Part shown: piece after piece, positions 28,244 to 37,534 of the stretch | Position numbering within the stretch: the stretch's first letter is position 1 | Layout: each line of letters begins with the position of its first letter | Assembly (NCBI GenBank): GCA_964496415.1 | Contig: CAZBZN010000002.1 | Span: 1 to 46,266 of the forward strand | Length of the DNA stretch: 46,266 nt | Origin: Candidatus Micrarchaeota archaeon | Lineage (GTDB): Archaea > B1Sed10-29 > JAJRYS01 | Direction of reading: 5' to 3' | Notes under the pieces: model-generated | Databases searched by the model: none | What the model was told of the DNA's origin: nothing | Seen by the model: only the letters and a program-made list of their open reading frames with translations | Program-made: the position numbers and the translations under genes

Positions 28244-29881
28244 GTGCAAGCAAAAGACATCCACAAAGATTTTAGAGAATACTCAATAGCAGAATTCTTT
28301 AAGAAAAACAGGCAGATGTTAGGGTATTCTGGAAAGATAAAAAGCCTGACAACTGCTGTACATGAGTATGTTACTAATGCTTTAGATGCTTGTGAAGAAG
28401 CAGGAATCCTTCCAGACATCTACGTGAAAATAGAACAATTAGGCTCAGAACACTACAAGCTAATTGTTGAAGACAACGGTCCAGGCATTAGTAAAAAACT
28501 AGTAGGAAAAGCTTTTGGAACAATGCTTGCTGGAACAAAATTCCACAGGTTCCAGCAGGCAAGAGGACAGCAAGGAATAGGAGCTGCAGGAGTAGTAATG
28601 TTCTCACAAATAACTACTGGAAAACCAACGAGAATAGTGACTTCAAAAGGAGATGGAAAAATATACGAGTGTTATGTTTCAATAGACGTGAAAACCAACA
28701 CTGCAAAAATAGAAGAAGAAAAAGAATACCCTGGAACAATGAGAGGCTTAAGGATAGAAAGCGAGTTAAAAGGAGTAAAGTACCAAAAAGGAGAATACAG
28801 TCCAGATGAATACTTAAGAAGAACAGCATTATCAAACCCGCATATGAAATTAACTTACATCACCCCTGATGGCTTGACTACTGTTTATGAAAGAGCAATA
28901 GCAAGACTACCGAAAATACCAAAGCCAGCAAAACCACATCCAAAAGGAATAACCGTAGATGACTTGCTTGGGTATGCTTCAAGAACAAGAGCAAGGACAG
29001 TAAAATCATTCCTCATAAATGACTTTTCAAGAGTAAGCGCTGCCAAAGTAAAAGAAATCCAAGACAAAGTAAGCTTTGACTTGAACAAAAGACCGCAAGA
29101 CCTGACATGGCAGGAAGCAGAAGAAATAATCAACGCGATAAAACAAATAAACTTCATAGCACCACCTACTGACTGCCTCATACCAATAGGAAAAGAACAA
29201 CTTGAAAGAGCAGTAGAAAACATACTAAAACCAGAATTCAAAGCAATACTTACAAGACCACCTGCAATATACCGTGGAGGAGTTCCATTCATAGTAGAAG
29301 TAGCTTTAGCTTATGGTGGAAAAGCAGGAAAACAATCAAAAAATGGTGAAGAAAATAAGCTTGAAATAATGAGATTTGCTAACAGAGTACCATTACTCTT
29401 TGACGCAGGCTCATGTGCTATTACTAAAGCTGTTCAGTCAGTTGAATGGAAAAGATACAAAATAGACGAAAACACTCCAATAACCATAATCGTTAACTTC
29501 ACTTCAATATACGTTCCTTACACTGGAGCTGGAAAAGAAAGCATAGCAGACGAAGAAGAAATACTAAAAGAAATAAGATTAGCCCTCATGGACGCTGCTA
29601 GAAAAGTAGGGTCTTATGTTTCTGGAGTAAGAAGAAAACATGAAAAAGAAAAAAGAATAAAAGAATTCATGAAATACATTCCGGAAACAGCAAGGGCAAT
29701 AGCAAAATTAACTGGAAAAGATGAAAAACTAATTGAAGAAAAACTGAAAAAGATAGTTATGGAAAAATATGAAGAAGTAGAAGAAGAGCCCGTTAATGGA
29801 AACGGCTCAAAAGAAATTCTTGAAGAAGAACTAAAAGAAGAAAAAATGATAGAGGAACTAAGGAAGGAGGCTGAAGAATGA
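28244..29881 (+). CDS. top6B: DNA topoisomerase VI subunit B
   Basis: GHKL/Bergerat fold N-box (HEYVTNALDA) and G-boxes (DNGPGI, GQQGIGAAG). GTG start, and ATGA overlap with top6A. Confidence 0.92.
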   Translation: MQAKDIHKDFREYSIAEFFKKNRQMLGYSGKIKSLTTAVHEYVTNALDACEEAGILPDIYVKIEQLGSEHYKLIVEDNGPGISKKLVGKAFGTMLAGTKFHRFQQARGQQGIGAAGVVMFSQITTGKPTRIVTSKGDGKIYECYVSIDVKTNTAKIEEEKEYPGTMRGLRIESELKGVKYQKGEYSPDEYLRRTALSNPHMKLTYITPDGLTTVYERAIARLPKIPKPAKPHPKGITVDDLLGYASRTRARTVKSFLINDFSRVSAAKVKEIQDKVSFDLNKRPQDLTWQEAEEIINAIKQINFIAPPTDCLIPIGKEQLERAVENILKPEFKAILTRPPAIYRGGVPFIVEVALAYGGKAGKQSKNGEENKLEIMRFANRVPLLFDAGSCAITKAVQSVEWKRYKIDENTPITIIVNFTSIYVPYTGAGKESIADEEEILKEIRLALMDAARKVGSYVSGVRRKHEKEKRIKEFMKYIPETARAIAKLTGKDEKLIEEKLKKIVMEKYEEVEEEPVNGNGSKEILEEELKEEKMIEELRKEAEE

Positions 29882-30969
29882 AAGAAGACTCTGACAAAAT
29901 AGCCTTAGAAAAATTAAAAGAGTTTGGAAATCAACTTTACGAGCAAATAATGAGAGGGGAGTCACCAAGCTTTAAAATTCCTACAAGAAGCAAGGCAAAT
30001 GTAAGTTTTGCAGTAGAAAAAATGAAGCTTAAGCTTGGGGAAAAAATGAGTTTAAGAAAGTTCCTAAATTACGCTCATACAAGAAAATTCATGCAATCAA
30101 CAATGGTGGCAGCTGCATGTGAAGAATACATTAAGTCAGGAAGAACTGTTGGAAAGAGGGAACTTTACTACAACCTAAAGCACAGTCTTCCGAACTCAAA
30201 ACAAAATACTTTTGAAGATGATACTGAATCAGGAGCAGTATTAGATGACTTAGAAGCAGCATTAAACATTCTAAGAGAGCAATTTCATGTGGTTGCAAAA
30301 GGAAGAGGAAGCATTTACGGTGATTTGGACTTAAGGCAAGCAGGAGACGAGTTCTCATGCAAGGGTCTTGGAAGAGGAGGATGGGTGATTCCAGGATACA
30401 CTGAAGACGTGGAGTTCCTTAACTGTAACGCTGACTTTATACTAGCAGTAGAAAACGACGCAATGATGAACAGGCTTATTGAAGAAAAAGTATGGAAAAA
30501 ACTCAACTGCCTACTCGTGACAGGAGAAGGAATGTTCCCAAGAGGAGTAAGGCGTTTCATTAAAAGAATGCATGACGAGTTAAAACTGCCAGTAATTGCG
30601 TTTGTTGACGGAGACCCATGGGGCTTTTACATTTACAGCGTATTAAAGTACGGTTCAATACAATTAGCTCATCTTTCAGACAGGTACGCTGTGCCAGAAG
30701 CAAAGTATGTTGGAATGACAATGGATGACATTGACGAATACCAACTACAAGGAGTAACTGAAAAACTAAAAGACGTTGATAAAAAAAGAATAAAGGAAGA
30801 ACTAGAATACCCTTGGTTCAAGCACTCAAAAGAATGGATGAGGCAACTGAAACTAATGCTTGAAAAAGGAGTAAGAATAGAACAACAAGCTCTTGCAAAT
30901 AAAAGCATAAGCTTCGTAGCAGACACTTACTTACCTGAAAAAATAGAAGCTGAAAAATTCCTGCCTTGA
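29878..30969 (+). CDS. top6A: DNA topoisomerase VI subunit A (Spo11 family)
   Basis: RELYY catalytic tyrosine region and a Toprim domain (ILAVENDAM ... FVDGDPWGFYI). Confidence 0.92.
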   Translation: MKEDSDKIALEKLKEFGNQLYEQIMRGESPSFKIPTRSKANVSFAVEKMKLKLGEKMSLRKFLNYAHTRKFMQSTMVAAACEEYIKSGRTVGKRELYYNLKHSLPNSKQNTFEDDTESGAVLDDLEAALNILREQFHVVAKGRGSIYGDLDLRQAGDEFSCKGLGRGGWVIPGYTEDVEFLNCNADFILAVENDAMMNRLIEEKVWKKLNCLLVTGEGMFPRGVRRFIKRMHDELKLPVIAFVDGDPWGFYIYSVLKYGSIQLAHLSDRYAVPEAKYVGMTMDDIDEYQLQGVTEKLKDVDKKRIKEELEYPWFKHSKEWMRQLKLMLEKGVRIEQQALANKSISFVADTYLPEKIEAEKFLP

Positions 30970-31078
30970 TTTAAATCCTTTTAAAAGTAATTTATACTTT
31001 GACTTCAATAACTTTTAAATAAGAATAAGAACCAAATAAGAAAAGAACCTTTTTCTAAAAAGCCCTTACGGTGACCTT

Positions 31079-31474
31079 ATGAAAATAATCAAAGCCAAGA
31101 CAAAACAGGAACTACTGCAGAAAATAGAAACAAACCTTAACGGAACTGATGAAGAAGTATACATCTCGCTAAGGCCTACGTTGGAAATAATCATGAGGAT
31201 TCTTGAAAAAAGCCCTGGAGTTAGGAAAATCTCATGCCCTCATTCATTATACTTACAGGTTTCAAGAAAAGTATTCAGGGTTCTTGAAGGAAAAGGAGTA
31301 AAACTCGAGCCAGGAGAGTTTAAGGTAGGAAGGCCTAACAAGTATGATGAAGATACAATTGCCATGATGATTACTGCAAGAAAAAACGGCAAGACAGCAA
31401 AGCAAATCTCAGAAGAATTTGAAATACCATTAAGAACAGTATATTATTATTTAAAGCAAGAGAAAATAAAATAA
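31079..31474 (+). CDS. Hypothetical protein with C-terminal helix-turn-helix
   Basis: The C-terminal NGKTAKQISEEFEIPLRTVYYYLK resembles a resolvase/Hin-type HTH. GGTGA Shine-Dalgarno upstream. Confidence 0.5.
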   Translation: MKIIKAKTKQELLQKIETNLNGTDEEVYISLRPTLEIIMRILEKSPGVRKISCPHSLYLQVSRKVFRVLEGKGVKLEPGEFKVGRPNKYDEDTIAMMITARKNGKTAKQISEEFEIPLRTVYYYLKQEKIK

Positions 31475-31515
31475 AACCAATTGCTTTTTAAACTATAAAA
31501 GTTCTCATTAACCCT

Positions 31516-32127
31516 GTGATGCTAATGCCAAAACATAAAAAAAAGAAAAAACAACCAGACCCTCTTAGTCTTGGATGGAAAAAAGAAATACTATTCAACT
31601 CTGAACTAAGAAAACTATGGGAAAAAGAAATAAAAGATGAAATGAGAAGCTCTCCTTTTTCTCTTGAAAGGCAAAGGTCAAGTGAGACAGAATCATTAAT
31701 AGGAGTAGAGCATGCTGAAAAAATATTAAGGCTTGAAAAACTAGGAAAACAATTAATGTTAAAAGGAATAAACCCCACGCTTGTTGAAGAAGAAATAGAT
31801 AACTTTAGAGTACTGTTATCTGTAAAACTAATGCTTGAAAGAGCAAGGGAAGAAGGAGTAAAACTTCCTGAATATGAGAAAAAAGTAAAAGAAATGCTGA
31901 AACTTGAGGAGAAAAAACTTAAAAGCATAATTGACCTCGCTGAAGGGAAAAAGAAAACCTTTGAAGTAGAAAAAGAAATAAACAGGATAAATGATGAAAT
32001 CGCGAAATACAGTGGAATTGAACAATTATACGATGAAATTGATGGAATAATAAACCATCATGAAAAAGAAAGAGAAATAAAATTAACTCCTAAAAAGAAA
32101 AAAGAACCCCTTAAGGGATACACTTAA
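31516..32127 (+). CDS. Hypothetical protein, KGINP-motif paralog B
   Basis: Contains LMLKGINPTLVEEEIDNF....LERAREEG....LKLEEKKL, aligned to ORF 21609-22250. Basic N-terminus. The start codon is ambiguous (GTG 31516, ATG 31519 or ATG 31525). Confidence 0.55.
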   Translation: MMLMPKHKKKKKQPDPLSLGWKKEILFNSELRKLWEKEIKDEMRSSPFSLERQRSSETESLIGVEHAEKILRLEKLGKQLMLKGINPTLVEEEIDNFRVLLSVKLMLERAREEGVKLPEYEKKVKEMLKLEEKKLKSIIDLAEGKKKTFEVEKEINRINDEIAKYSGIEQLYDEIDGIINHHEKEREIKLTPKKKKEPLKGYT

Positions 32128-33416
32128 CTTAATTCTTCTTTTATCCTTTTCTTCAAGCATTCAAGAGACTGTTTTTGAGCAATAGGATTCTTCTTATCCT
32201 TCACAGCCTCATAAATTTCATCATCAAGCAAGTTGACTATTTTTATTCCAAGCTCGTCGCATGCTTGTTTTACTGCTTTAAAAGTAAGCGAGTCAGGCTT
32301 AAGGAAACACAAGACCTTTGAATACTTTCCAGCATGAGCTTTTAAGTAATTCTTTACCCTCTCCTTAGTCACTTCCAAGTATTTTTGTTTTACTTCCTCT
32401 GTTTCTTCCCATTCAGGCCAGTCATAAGAATTAAAAGGATAATAATTATTGAACTCAAAAGGAACCACTCCAGGAGTAGAAACCACTACCCTGTGAACTT
32501 TCCTAAGCACTCCAGCTTGTTTTAATGCCTTTGCTATTTTCTGATGAGTCTGCGAACGAGAATACGGCTTCCTATAAGAACAAGGAAGGAAAAGCAGTGC
32601 TTTTCCTTTAGGAGGCTCATAAAACCTTACAAAATAATCTTGCCAGACTTCAAAAAAAGGATGCTTTAACGCCTCTTCAGTAGCTCCTTTTATCACCACT
32701 TTCCTTTCAGCAGGGAACTTTGGAATGAACAAGTAATTCTCTGAGTCTTTTTCAATGAAAGAGTCTTTGAATTCTTCAACAAGCTTCATGAACTCTTGAG
32801 TGCTTAAAGGCTTCCACTCGCCTTTAACCCATAAGTCAAAAAGCTTGCTCTTAGAATGAGGAAAAGTATTAATGATAACTATTGAATCACCTTCCTTCAT
32901 GTGCTTTTTAACAAACTCCACTGACTTCTTCAGAAGTTCTTTTGAACCAAAAGGAATGTTAGCCATTAAGTAAGTCCTTACATGAAAGCCCTTAGAATGA
33001 AGCAAGTCAACAGCACGCAAGTAATCTTCCACTTTAAACCCCTTGTTGTACTTCTCCAGTACTTCGTTGTCAGCGCATTCCAAACCAATAGCCACTGTGA
33101 GGTTTATTCCTTCAAAGTCTTTCAAAGAATCCTCTGTTATGAACTCTGGCCTTGACTCGATCACAAGTTCTTTCACGCCTTTCTTCTTAACATAATCAGC
33201 AAACCATTTCCTGAACTCTTTAGGAAACTGCGCGTCATCAAGAAAACTTCCAGAAGCAAACACTTTAAGCCTGTCAACTCCTTCCAAGTCAAACTTTTCC
33301 ACTTTATCCTTTAACGCATGAACATCTACTGGTGCTTCAAGCTTTCCCCAGCCACATGCAAAACACTTAGCCCAACTGCACTTACCAGAAGACAAAATCA
33401 ACCTCTTTTCTTTCAT
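32124..33416 (-). CDS. Fusion of a RaSEA-like radical-SAM domain (N-terminal) with an ArcS-type catalytic domain (C-terminal); archaeosine biosynthesis
   Basis: N-terminal CSWAKCFAC (Cx4Cx2C, Elp3/TIGR01210-like) followed by a TIM-barrel-like region. The C-terminal LPCSYRKPYSRSQTH matches the ArcS motif PC-X3-KPY-X2-S-X2-H exactly (nt 32544-32585). ATG at 33416 preferred over GTG at 33431. Confidence 0.65.
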   Translation of the reverse strand: MKEKRLILSSGKCSWAKCFACGWGKLEAPVDVHALKDKVEKFDLEGVDRLKVFASGSFLDDAQFPKEFRKWFADYVKKKGVKELVIESRPEFITEDSLKDFEGINLTVAIGLECADNEVLEKYNKGFKVEDYLRAVDLLHSKGFHVRTYLMANIPFGSKELLKKSVEFVKKHMKEGDSIVIINTFPHSKSKLFDLWVKGEWKPLSTQEFMKLVEEFKDSFIEKDSENYLFIPKFPAERKVVIKGATEEALKHPFFEVWQDYFVRFYEPPKGKALLFLPCSYRKPYSRSQTHQKIAKALKQAGVLRKVHRVVVSTPGVVPFEFNNYYPFNSYDWPEWEETEEVKQKYLEVTKERVKNYLKAHAGKYSKVLCFLKPDSLTFKAVKQACDELGIKIVNLLDDEIYEAVKDKKNPIAQKQSLECLKKRIKEELS

Positions 33417-33418
33417 CC

Positions 33419-33805
33419 TTAACCCTTCCACTCGTCTGACTTAAACTTCAGTTTTCCGCCACTAATCCACTGGTTCATTAATTCTCTTCTAATCATCTCC
33501 CTTGCTTCTTTCTTCACTCTCTCAACCAAGTACTTTTCATCAACTTTTTCCCCAAACTCAAACTTTACCTTTTCAACAGCTCTCTTAACAAGCTTATCAA
33601 TCCTTGAACGGGAGATTCTTCTCCTTTTAATATCATTCTCATAAATAGAATACAAAGACTTCTTGACTTCACCTAAACTCTTTGCTTCAACAAAACCATG
33701 TTTTTTAACCACTGGAACAGGCTTAGAAGTCTTAGTAACCTCCTTGGCTCTTGTTTTACTTCTTATCTTCTTCCTGTGTTCCCTAAAACTTATACGTAAA
33801 GGCAT
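33419..33805 (-). CDS. Hypothetical basic protein (128 aa), 2 nt upstream of the RaSEA-ArcS gene
   Basis: Arg/Lys-rich ORF with an ATG start. No family recognised. Confidence 0.5.
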   Translation of the reverse strand: MPLRISFREHRKKIRSKTRAKEVTKTSKPVPVVKKHGFVEAKSLGEVKKSLYSIYENDIKRRRISRSRIDKLVKRAVEKVKFEFGEKVDEKYLVERVKKEAREMIRRELMNQWISGGKLKFKSDEWKG

Positions 33806-33850
33806 GGCTATAATAATAACAAAACAAAAATAAAAAGAAGTGCCTTAAGA

Positions 33851-35080
33851 TTAACTACTTCCAGCTTTTATAACAATCAATAAGAAAACCGTTAAAATCA
33901 ATGAAAATAGGATTACTATTATTACAGGGCTTAGCTCAGGAGAAGAAACTACAATGCTTTGTCTCAAAGGCTGGGTTGTTTCATTAACAAACTTAGCTGC
34001 TACTATGTTTTCATAAGTTGATGGAGTATACTTTACTAAACCTGAAATTAGAGTATTATCATTTTTCAAATCAATTGCATACACAGAGCCTATGCCTGAA
34101 TAGGTCTTATTCCATACTATCGTTTTGTTTGAAAGAATTTTCCATAATGTTAGATTAGAAGTATACCTCCCTGCAACTAGCACATTTCCTTGAGAGTCTA
34201 CAACCAAATCAACTGGTTCATAATAAGAGCCAAGAGAAATATTCCATTCTTGTAAACCAGAATCATTAAACTTAAACAAGTAATACTCTGAACTGCCAGT
34301 AGCATTACTACGAGCTGTTAAGTAGATGTTTGAATACCATGCCGCAACGCCAACCGAGCGGTCAAGATTACTAAAATCAATTATTTTAGCAAACTTCCTC
34401 GTACCGTTAGAGTAATACTTTAGTAGCACTATGCTGATATCACTTCCAGTTGATGAATATCCAGTAACTACTACTGAATCATCAGAGGGATCAACAGCAA
34501 CACATCCAATACAACCCCTTTCCTCTCCTCCACTGTCATAAGTGTCATTCCATTCCTGCACGCCGTCCTTGTTGTATTTTATTATGAAAAAATCATCAGT
34601 AGCAAGCCTTGTAACACCAGCCACTATTGCACTATCATTTGAATCAACAGCAACTCCCATTGTAGGAACGTCAAGATCACCACCGTCGTAAGTAACGTTC
34701 CACTGCTGGGTCATGTTAGGATAACATTTTATTGTTAAGTAATCAGCTGAAACAGAAGAAGTGCCATGGTTTGTTTCCCCAGTAATTATCACGTTCCCTT
34801 CTGAGTCAACATCAACGCCGTAAGCATACTCCGAACTTCCATTGTCATATGTCATGTTAAACGTCTGAACTCCGCTAGACTCATTGAATTTCACTATAAC
34901 CCAATCATAAGTACCTGAATAATTAGTGTATCCCACCATTATAACTTCCCCTGAATTCATAAAACTAGTATCATACACTATGTCCTGTTGACCAGTATCA
35001 AAAGTTGTATTCCATTCAAGAGTAAAATCCTGAGCAAAAACCACTGCACCCAGTAACAGCAGAAGCAAAACCTTTCTCAT
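33851..35080 (-). CDS. Secreted beta-propeller-repeat surface protein with C-terminal TM anchor
   Basis: Signal-like MRKVLLLLLLGAVVFA and 6-7 repeats of about 45-50 aa (xEWNxTYDxG....GVAVDSxxNVxVxG), resembling SBBP-type propeller blades. Many N-x-S/T sequons and a C-terminal hydrophobic anchor. Confidence 0.6.
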   Translation of the reverse strand: MRKVLLLLLLGAVVFAQDFTLEWNTTFDTGQQDIVYDTSFMNSGEVIMVGYTNYSGTYDWVIVKFNESSGVQTFNMTYDNGSSEYAYGVDVDSEGNVIITGETNHGTSSVSADYLTIKCYPNMTQQWNVTYDGGDLDVPTMGVAVDSNDSAIVAGVTRLATDDFFIIKYNKDGVQEWNDTYDSGGEERGCIGCVAVDPSDDSVVVTGYSSTGSDISIVLLKYYSNGTRKFAKIIDFSNLDRSVGVAAWYSNIYLTARSNATGSSEYYLFKFNDSGLQEWNISLGSYYEPVDLVVDSQGNVLVAGRYTSNLTLWKILSNKTIVWNKTYSGIGSVYAIDLKNDNTLISGLVKYTPSTYENIVAAKFVNETTQPLRQSIVVSSPELSPVIIVILFSLILTVFLLIVIKAGSS

Positions 35081-35121
35081 AAACTAAAGTTATGAATGTG
35101 TTCTTTAAAAAGTTTTTTAAG

Positions 35122-35889
35122 CTAAGTCTTTAGCTTCTCGTATAATTCTTTCAAATCTTCAAGTGAAAGAGTAAAAACTTTCCTGTCATCATCAAGTTTT
35201 TTCCCAAAAGCAATTTCAAAAGCATTACCTACTTTTTTGTTCTTGTACCTGAACAACTCCCTGATGAACACGTCAAAAACTTTATCTCTTTCAATTGGTT
35301 TTTTCTTCAAGCATACTATCACTGAGTCTGTCTTCGGCTGTGGGTAAAAGTTTGTTCTTGGGACTACTTCCTTTAACTCAGCTTCATAGTAGTACTGAAC
35401 CATTACAGAAAGCCTTCCGTAGTTCTTTGAACCTGGCTTTGCAACCATTTTCTCCCCAAACTCCTTCTGATAAAACAACAATGCCAAGTCAAAATCATAA
35501 TCCAAAAGCTTGAAAGTTATTTCAGATGACAGCGAAAAAGGGATGCTTGAGACTACTTTGTTAAACTCAAGCGTCTTGTCAAGTTTTAAGAAGTCAGCGA
35601 AGACAACTTCAACATTAGGATAGTCTTTTAATTCTTCCTCAAGCACTGGCTTCAGCCTTTTGTCTTTTTCAACAGCAATTACTTTTCCAGCATGGCTTGC
35701 TATTTCTTTAGTAAGAAAACCTAATCCTGGTCCTATTTCAAGCACAGTATCAGAAGAACCTACTTCACCGTATTTTACTGCTCTTTCAATAACTGCTTGG
35801 TTTATCAGAAAATACTGGTCAAGCACAGGGCTTGCTCTAAACCCATACTGTTTATAACACCTTAACAGTTCTTCTTTTAAAGACTTCAA
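35122..35889 (-). CDS. ksgA: 16S rRNA (adenine-N6,N6)-dimethyltransferase KsgA/Dim1
   Basis: LDQYFLIN and the SAM motif VLEIGPGLGFLT. TTG start behind AGGTG. Conserved neighbourhood with DUF655, rpoF and rpl21e. Confidence 0.85.
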   Translation of the reverse strand: MKSLKEELLRCYKQYGFRASPVLDQYFLINQAVIERAVKYGEVGSSDTVLEIGPGLGFLTKEIASHAGKVIAVEKDKRLKPVLEEELKDYPNVEVVFADFLKLDKTLEFNKVVSSIPFSLSSEITFKLLDYDFDLALLFYQKEFGEKMVAKPGSKNYGRLSVMVQYYYEAELKEVVPRTNFYPQPKTDSVIVCLKKKPIERDKVFDVFIRELFRYKNKKVGNAFEIAFGKKLDDDRKVFTLSLEDLKELYEKLKT

Positions 35890-35902
35890 AAACCAGCACC
35901 TT

Positions 35903-36451
35903 TCAGTGTTTTCTTCCCGGCTTTACAAACAAGTAATACTTAGTATTACCTTCAAGTTCTTCCATTATCCTTTCAACAATAACCTTCTTAGGATCAGGAA
36001 GAAGTTTTACTCTTTCAGAAATATCTTTAAAGCTTTCAAAAGGCTTTTTCTCTCTTTCTTCAAGAATATCCTGCATGTGCTTTTTTCCAATACCAGGAAG
36101 CAGTTCCAAAGAATGCTGTCTTATGGTTATTGGACCTGCCTTGTTAAAGAACTCAACGAACTCTTTTTCCCTTTCACTAACCAGTTTTTCAAGAAGTTCT
36201 CTTAGCTCGTTCTTAGCAGTTCCAGTAAGCTTTGAAAAAGCAAGCCTTCCTTTAATGAACAAGATCTTGTCTCTTTTCTCAGGGCCAATGTAAACCTTCT
36301 CACTTAAAGAAACTTTTACTCCTTGTCTTGGAACTAATTCTAACAAAGAGAAATACTTCTCTCCTAAAGCCTGTATTATTGGCTTCCTTTCAAATGACGT
36401 TGGGTAACCTGTTGGCAAGTAATCAAGCACGAAAGCATACTCTTCTCTCAA
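35903..36451 (-). CDS. DUF655-family protein (OB + HhH, putative RNA-binding)
   Basis: EEYAFVLDYLPTGYP N-terminus and LELLPGIGKKHMQDILEER (HhH). Conserved archaeal position upstream of ksgA. TTG start. Confidence 0.7.
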   Translation of the reverse strand: MREEYAFVLDYLPTGYPTSFERKPIIQALGEKYFSLLELVPRQGVKVSLSEKVYIGPEKRDKILFIKGRLAFSKLTGTAKNELRELLEKLVSEREKEFVEFFNKAGPITIRQHSLELLPGIGKKHMQDILEEREKKPFESFKDISERVKLLPDPKKVIVERIMEELEGNTKYYLFVKPGRKH

Positions 36452-36464
36452 AACAAACCACCTT

Positions 36465-36779
36465 TTACAAGTCCTTTACTATCTCAAGGACTTTTTCAGC
36501 TTTCTCCTTTGCTTTTTTCTCTTTTTCAAAAAACAGTAATGCTTGTTCTAATGTCTCAGGCCTTGCGTTTACTATTTCAATCGCTTTTTCAAGAGGAATG
36601 TCTAAGTTAAGCAAAGCATTAACTGCTTCTTCTACTTTTTTTGAATTCATTTTCCCAAACTCTTTAGCATACTCAAGGCTAACTTTCTGCTCATAAGTAA
36701 GGTCTCCTGCTTTTTTCCTTTCAGCAAGGATTTCTTTTACTTTATCTAAAGTCAAAGGCTCTTCACTTAGTATCTTCAT
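36465..36779 (-). CDS. rpoF: RNA polymerase subunit Rpo4/RpoF (Rpb4-like)
   Basis: 104 aa helical protein in the conserved rpl21e-rpoF-DUF655-ksgA order, with an LTLDKVKEILAERKK...YAKEF pattern. Confidence 0.65.
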   Translation of the reverse strand: MKILSEEPLTLDKVKEILAERKKAGDLTYEQKVSLEYAKEFGKMNSKKVEEAVNALLNLDIPLEKAIEIVNARPETLEQALLFFEKEKKAKEKAEKVLEIVKDL

Positions 36780-37082
36780 TCAAGCCACCTTCTGAAGTTT
36801 TAAATGAGCTGGATGGACTATTATTGTCCTCCAAGCAAGAATATTCCTAACCTTAACCAAGTAAGCTTCTCCCCTTCTACCTACGATTGTTCCTGTTTTT
36901 CCATTAAACCTCCTATGAGGCATTCCTTTATGAACAGAAGGGTCAATTATTATGTGAACCTTATCCCCTTCCTTGAACTCTTGAAGAAACTTGTTAACTT
37001 TAGGCCTGCCTTTCTCTCTTTTGCTTTTCTTTAAAGAATGCCTTGTTTTTGATCTTACTCCTTTGTGCTTATGCTTTACCAT
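36780..37082 (-). CDS. rpl21e: 50S ribosomal protein L21e
   Basis: HKGVRSKTRH...FKEGDKVHIIIDPSVHKGMPHRRFNGKTGTIVG. Confidence 0.9.
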   Translation of the reverse strand: MVKHKHKGVRSKTRHSLKKSKREKGRPKVNKFLQEFKEGDKVHIIIDPSVHKGMPHRRFNGKTGTIVGRRGEAYLVKVRNILAWRTIIVHPAHLKLQKVA

Positions 37083-37174
37083 TGCCTTCTTCCTCCTCCA
37101 GGTTTATTTTTTAAACTATAAAGTATATAAACCAATCACATAATAATTACTACTAACAAGTTACAACAACAAAG

Positions 37175-37456
37175 GTGGGTTTTGTGAAAGATGATGACTT
37201 CACAGCAATAATAATGCTCTTATTTATCACCTTAGTCTTTTTTAACCATTTGCATTACCAAGCACTATATGGGTTGATTCTTCTCTCTGGAACCTGTCTT
37301 GGATTATTCCTCTTAGCAAAAGGACTCATAGAATTTGTCATTGGAAAAGGAACACAAGAACTCCTAATAGGAGCGTCACTGCTGTTATTCTTAATAATCC
37401 TCTTCAACGCAGAGCCAATCATTACAAAGATAATAAGCTTTTTCATAACAACCTGA
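37175..37456 (+). CDS. Small membrane protein (3 TM)
   Basis: GTG start behind AAGGTGGG; hydrophobic throughout. Confidence 0.4.
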   Translation: MGFVKDDDFTAIIMLLFITLVFFNHLHYQALYGLILLSGTCLGLFLLAKGLIEFVIGKGTQELLIGASLLLFLIILFNAEPIITKIISFFITT

Positions 37457-37534
37457 TTTATAAATACCTTTATAAATGAGGGTTTGCATAAATAATTTAA
37501 GGTTTAAAAAGCCCTAATTTTTGAAGGTGATAAA

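Noticed and set aside
31488-31928. Minus-strand Ser/Phe/Leu-rich 146-aa ORF, and similar ORFs at 22601-22966, 28885-29292, 14035-14568, 7299-7817 and others.
   Set aside because: These are shadow ORFs antisense to Lys/Glu-rich genuine genes, because AAG/GAA codons read as CTT/TTC on the other strand. They are low-complexity, lack RBSs and are fully nested in better-supported CDS.
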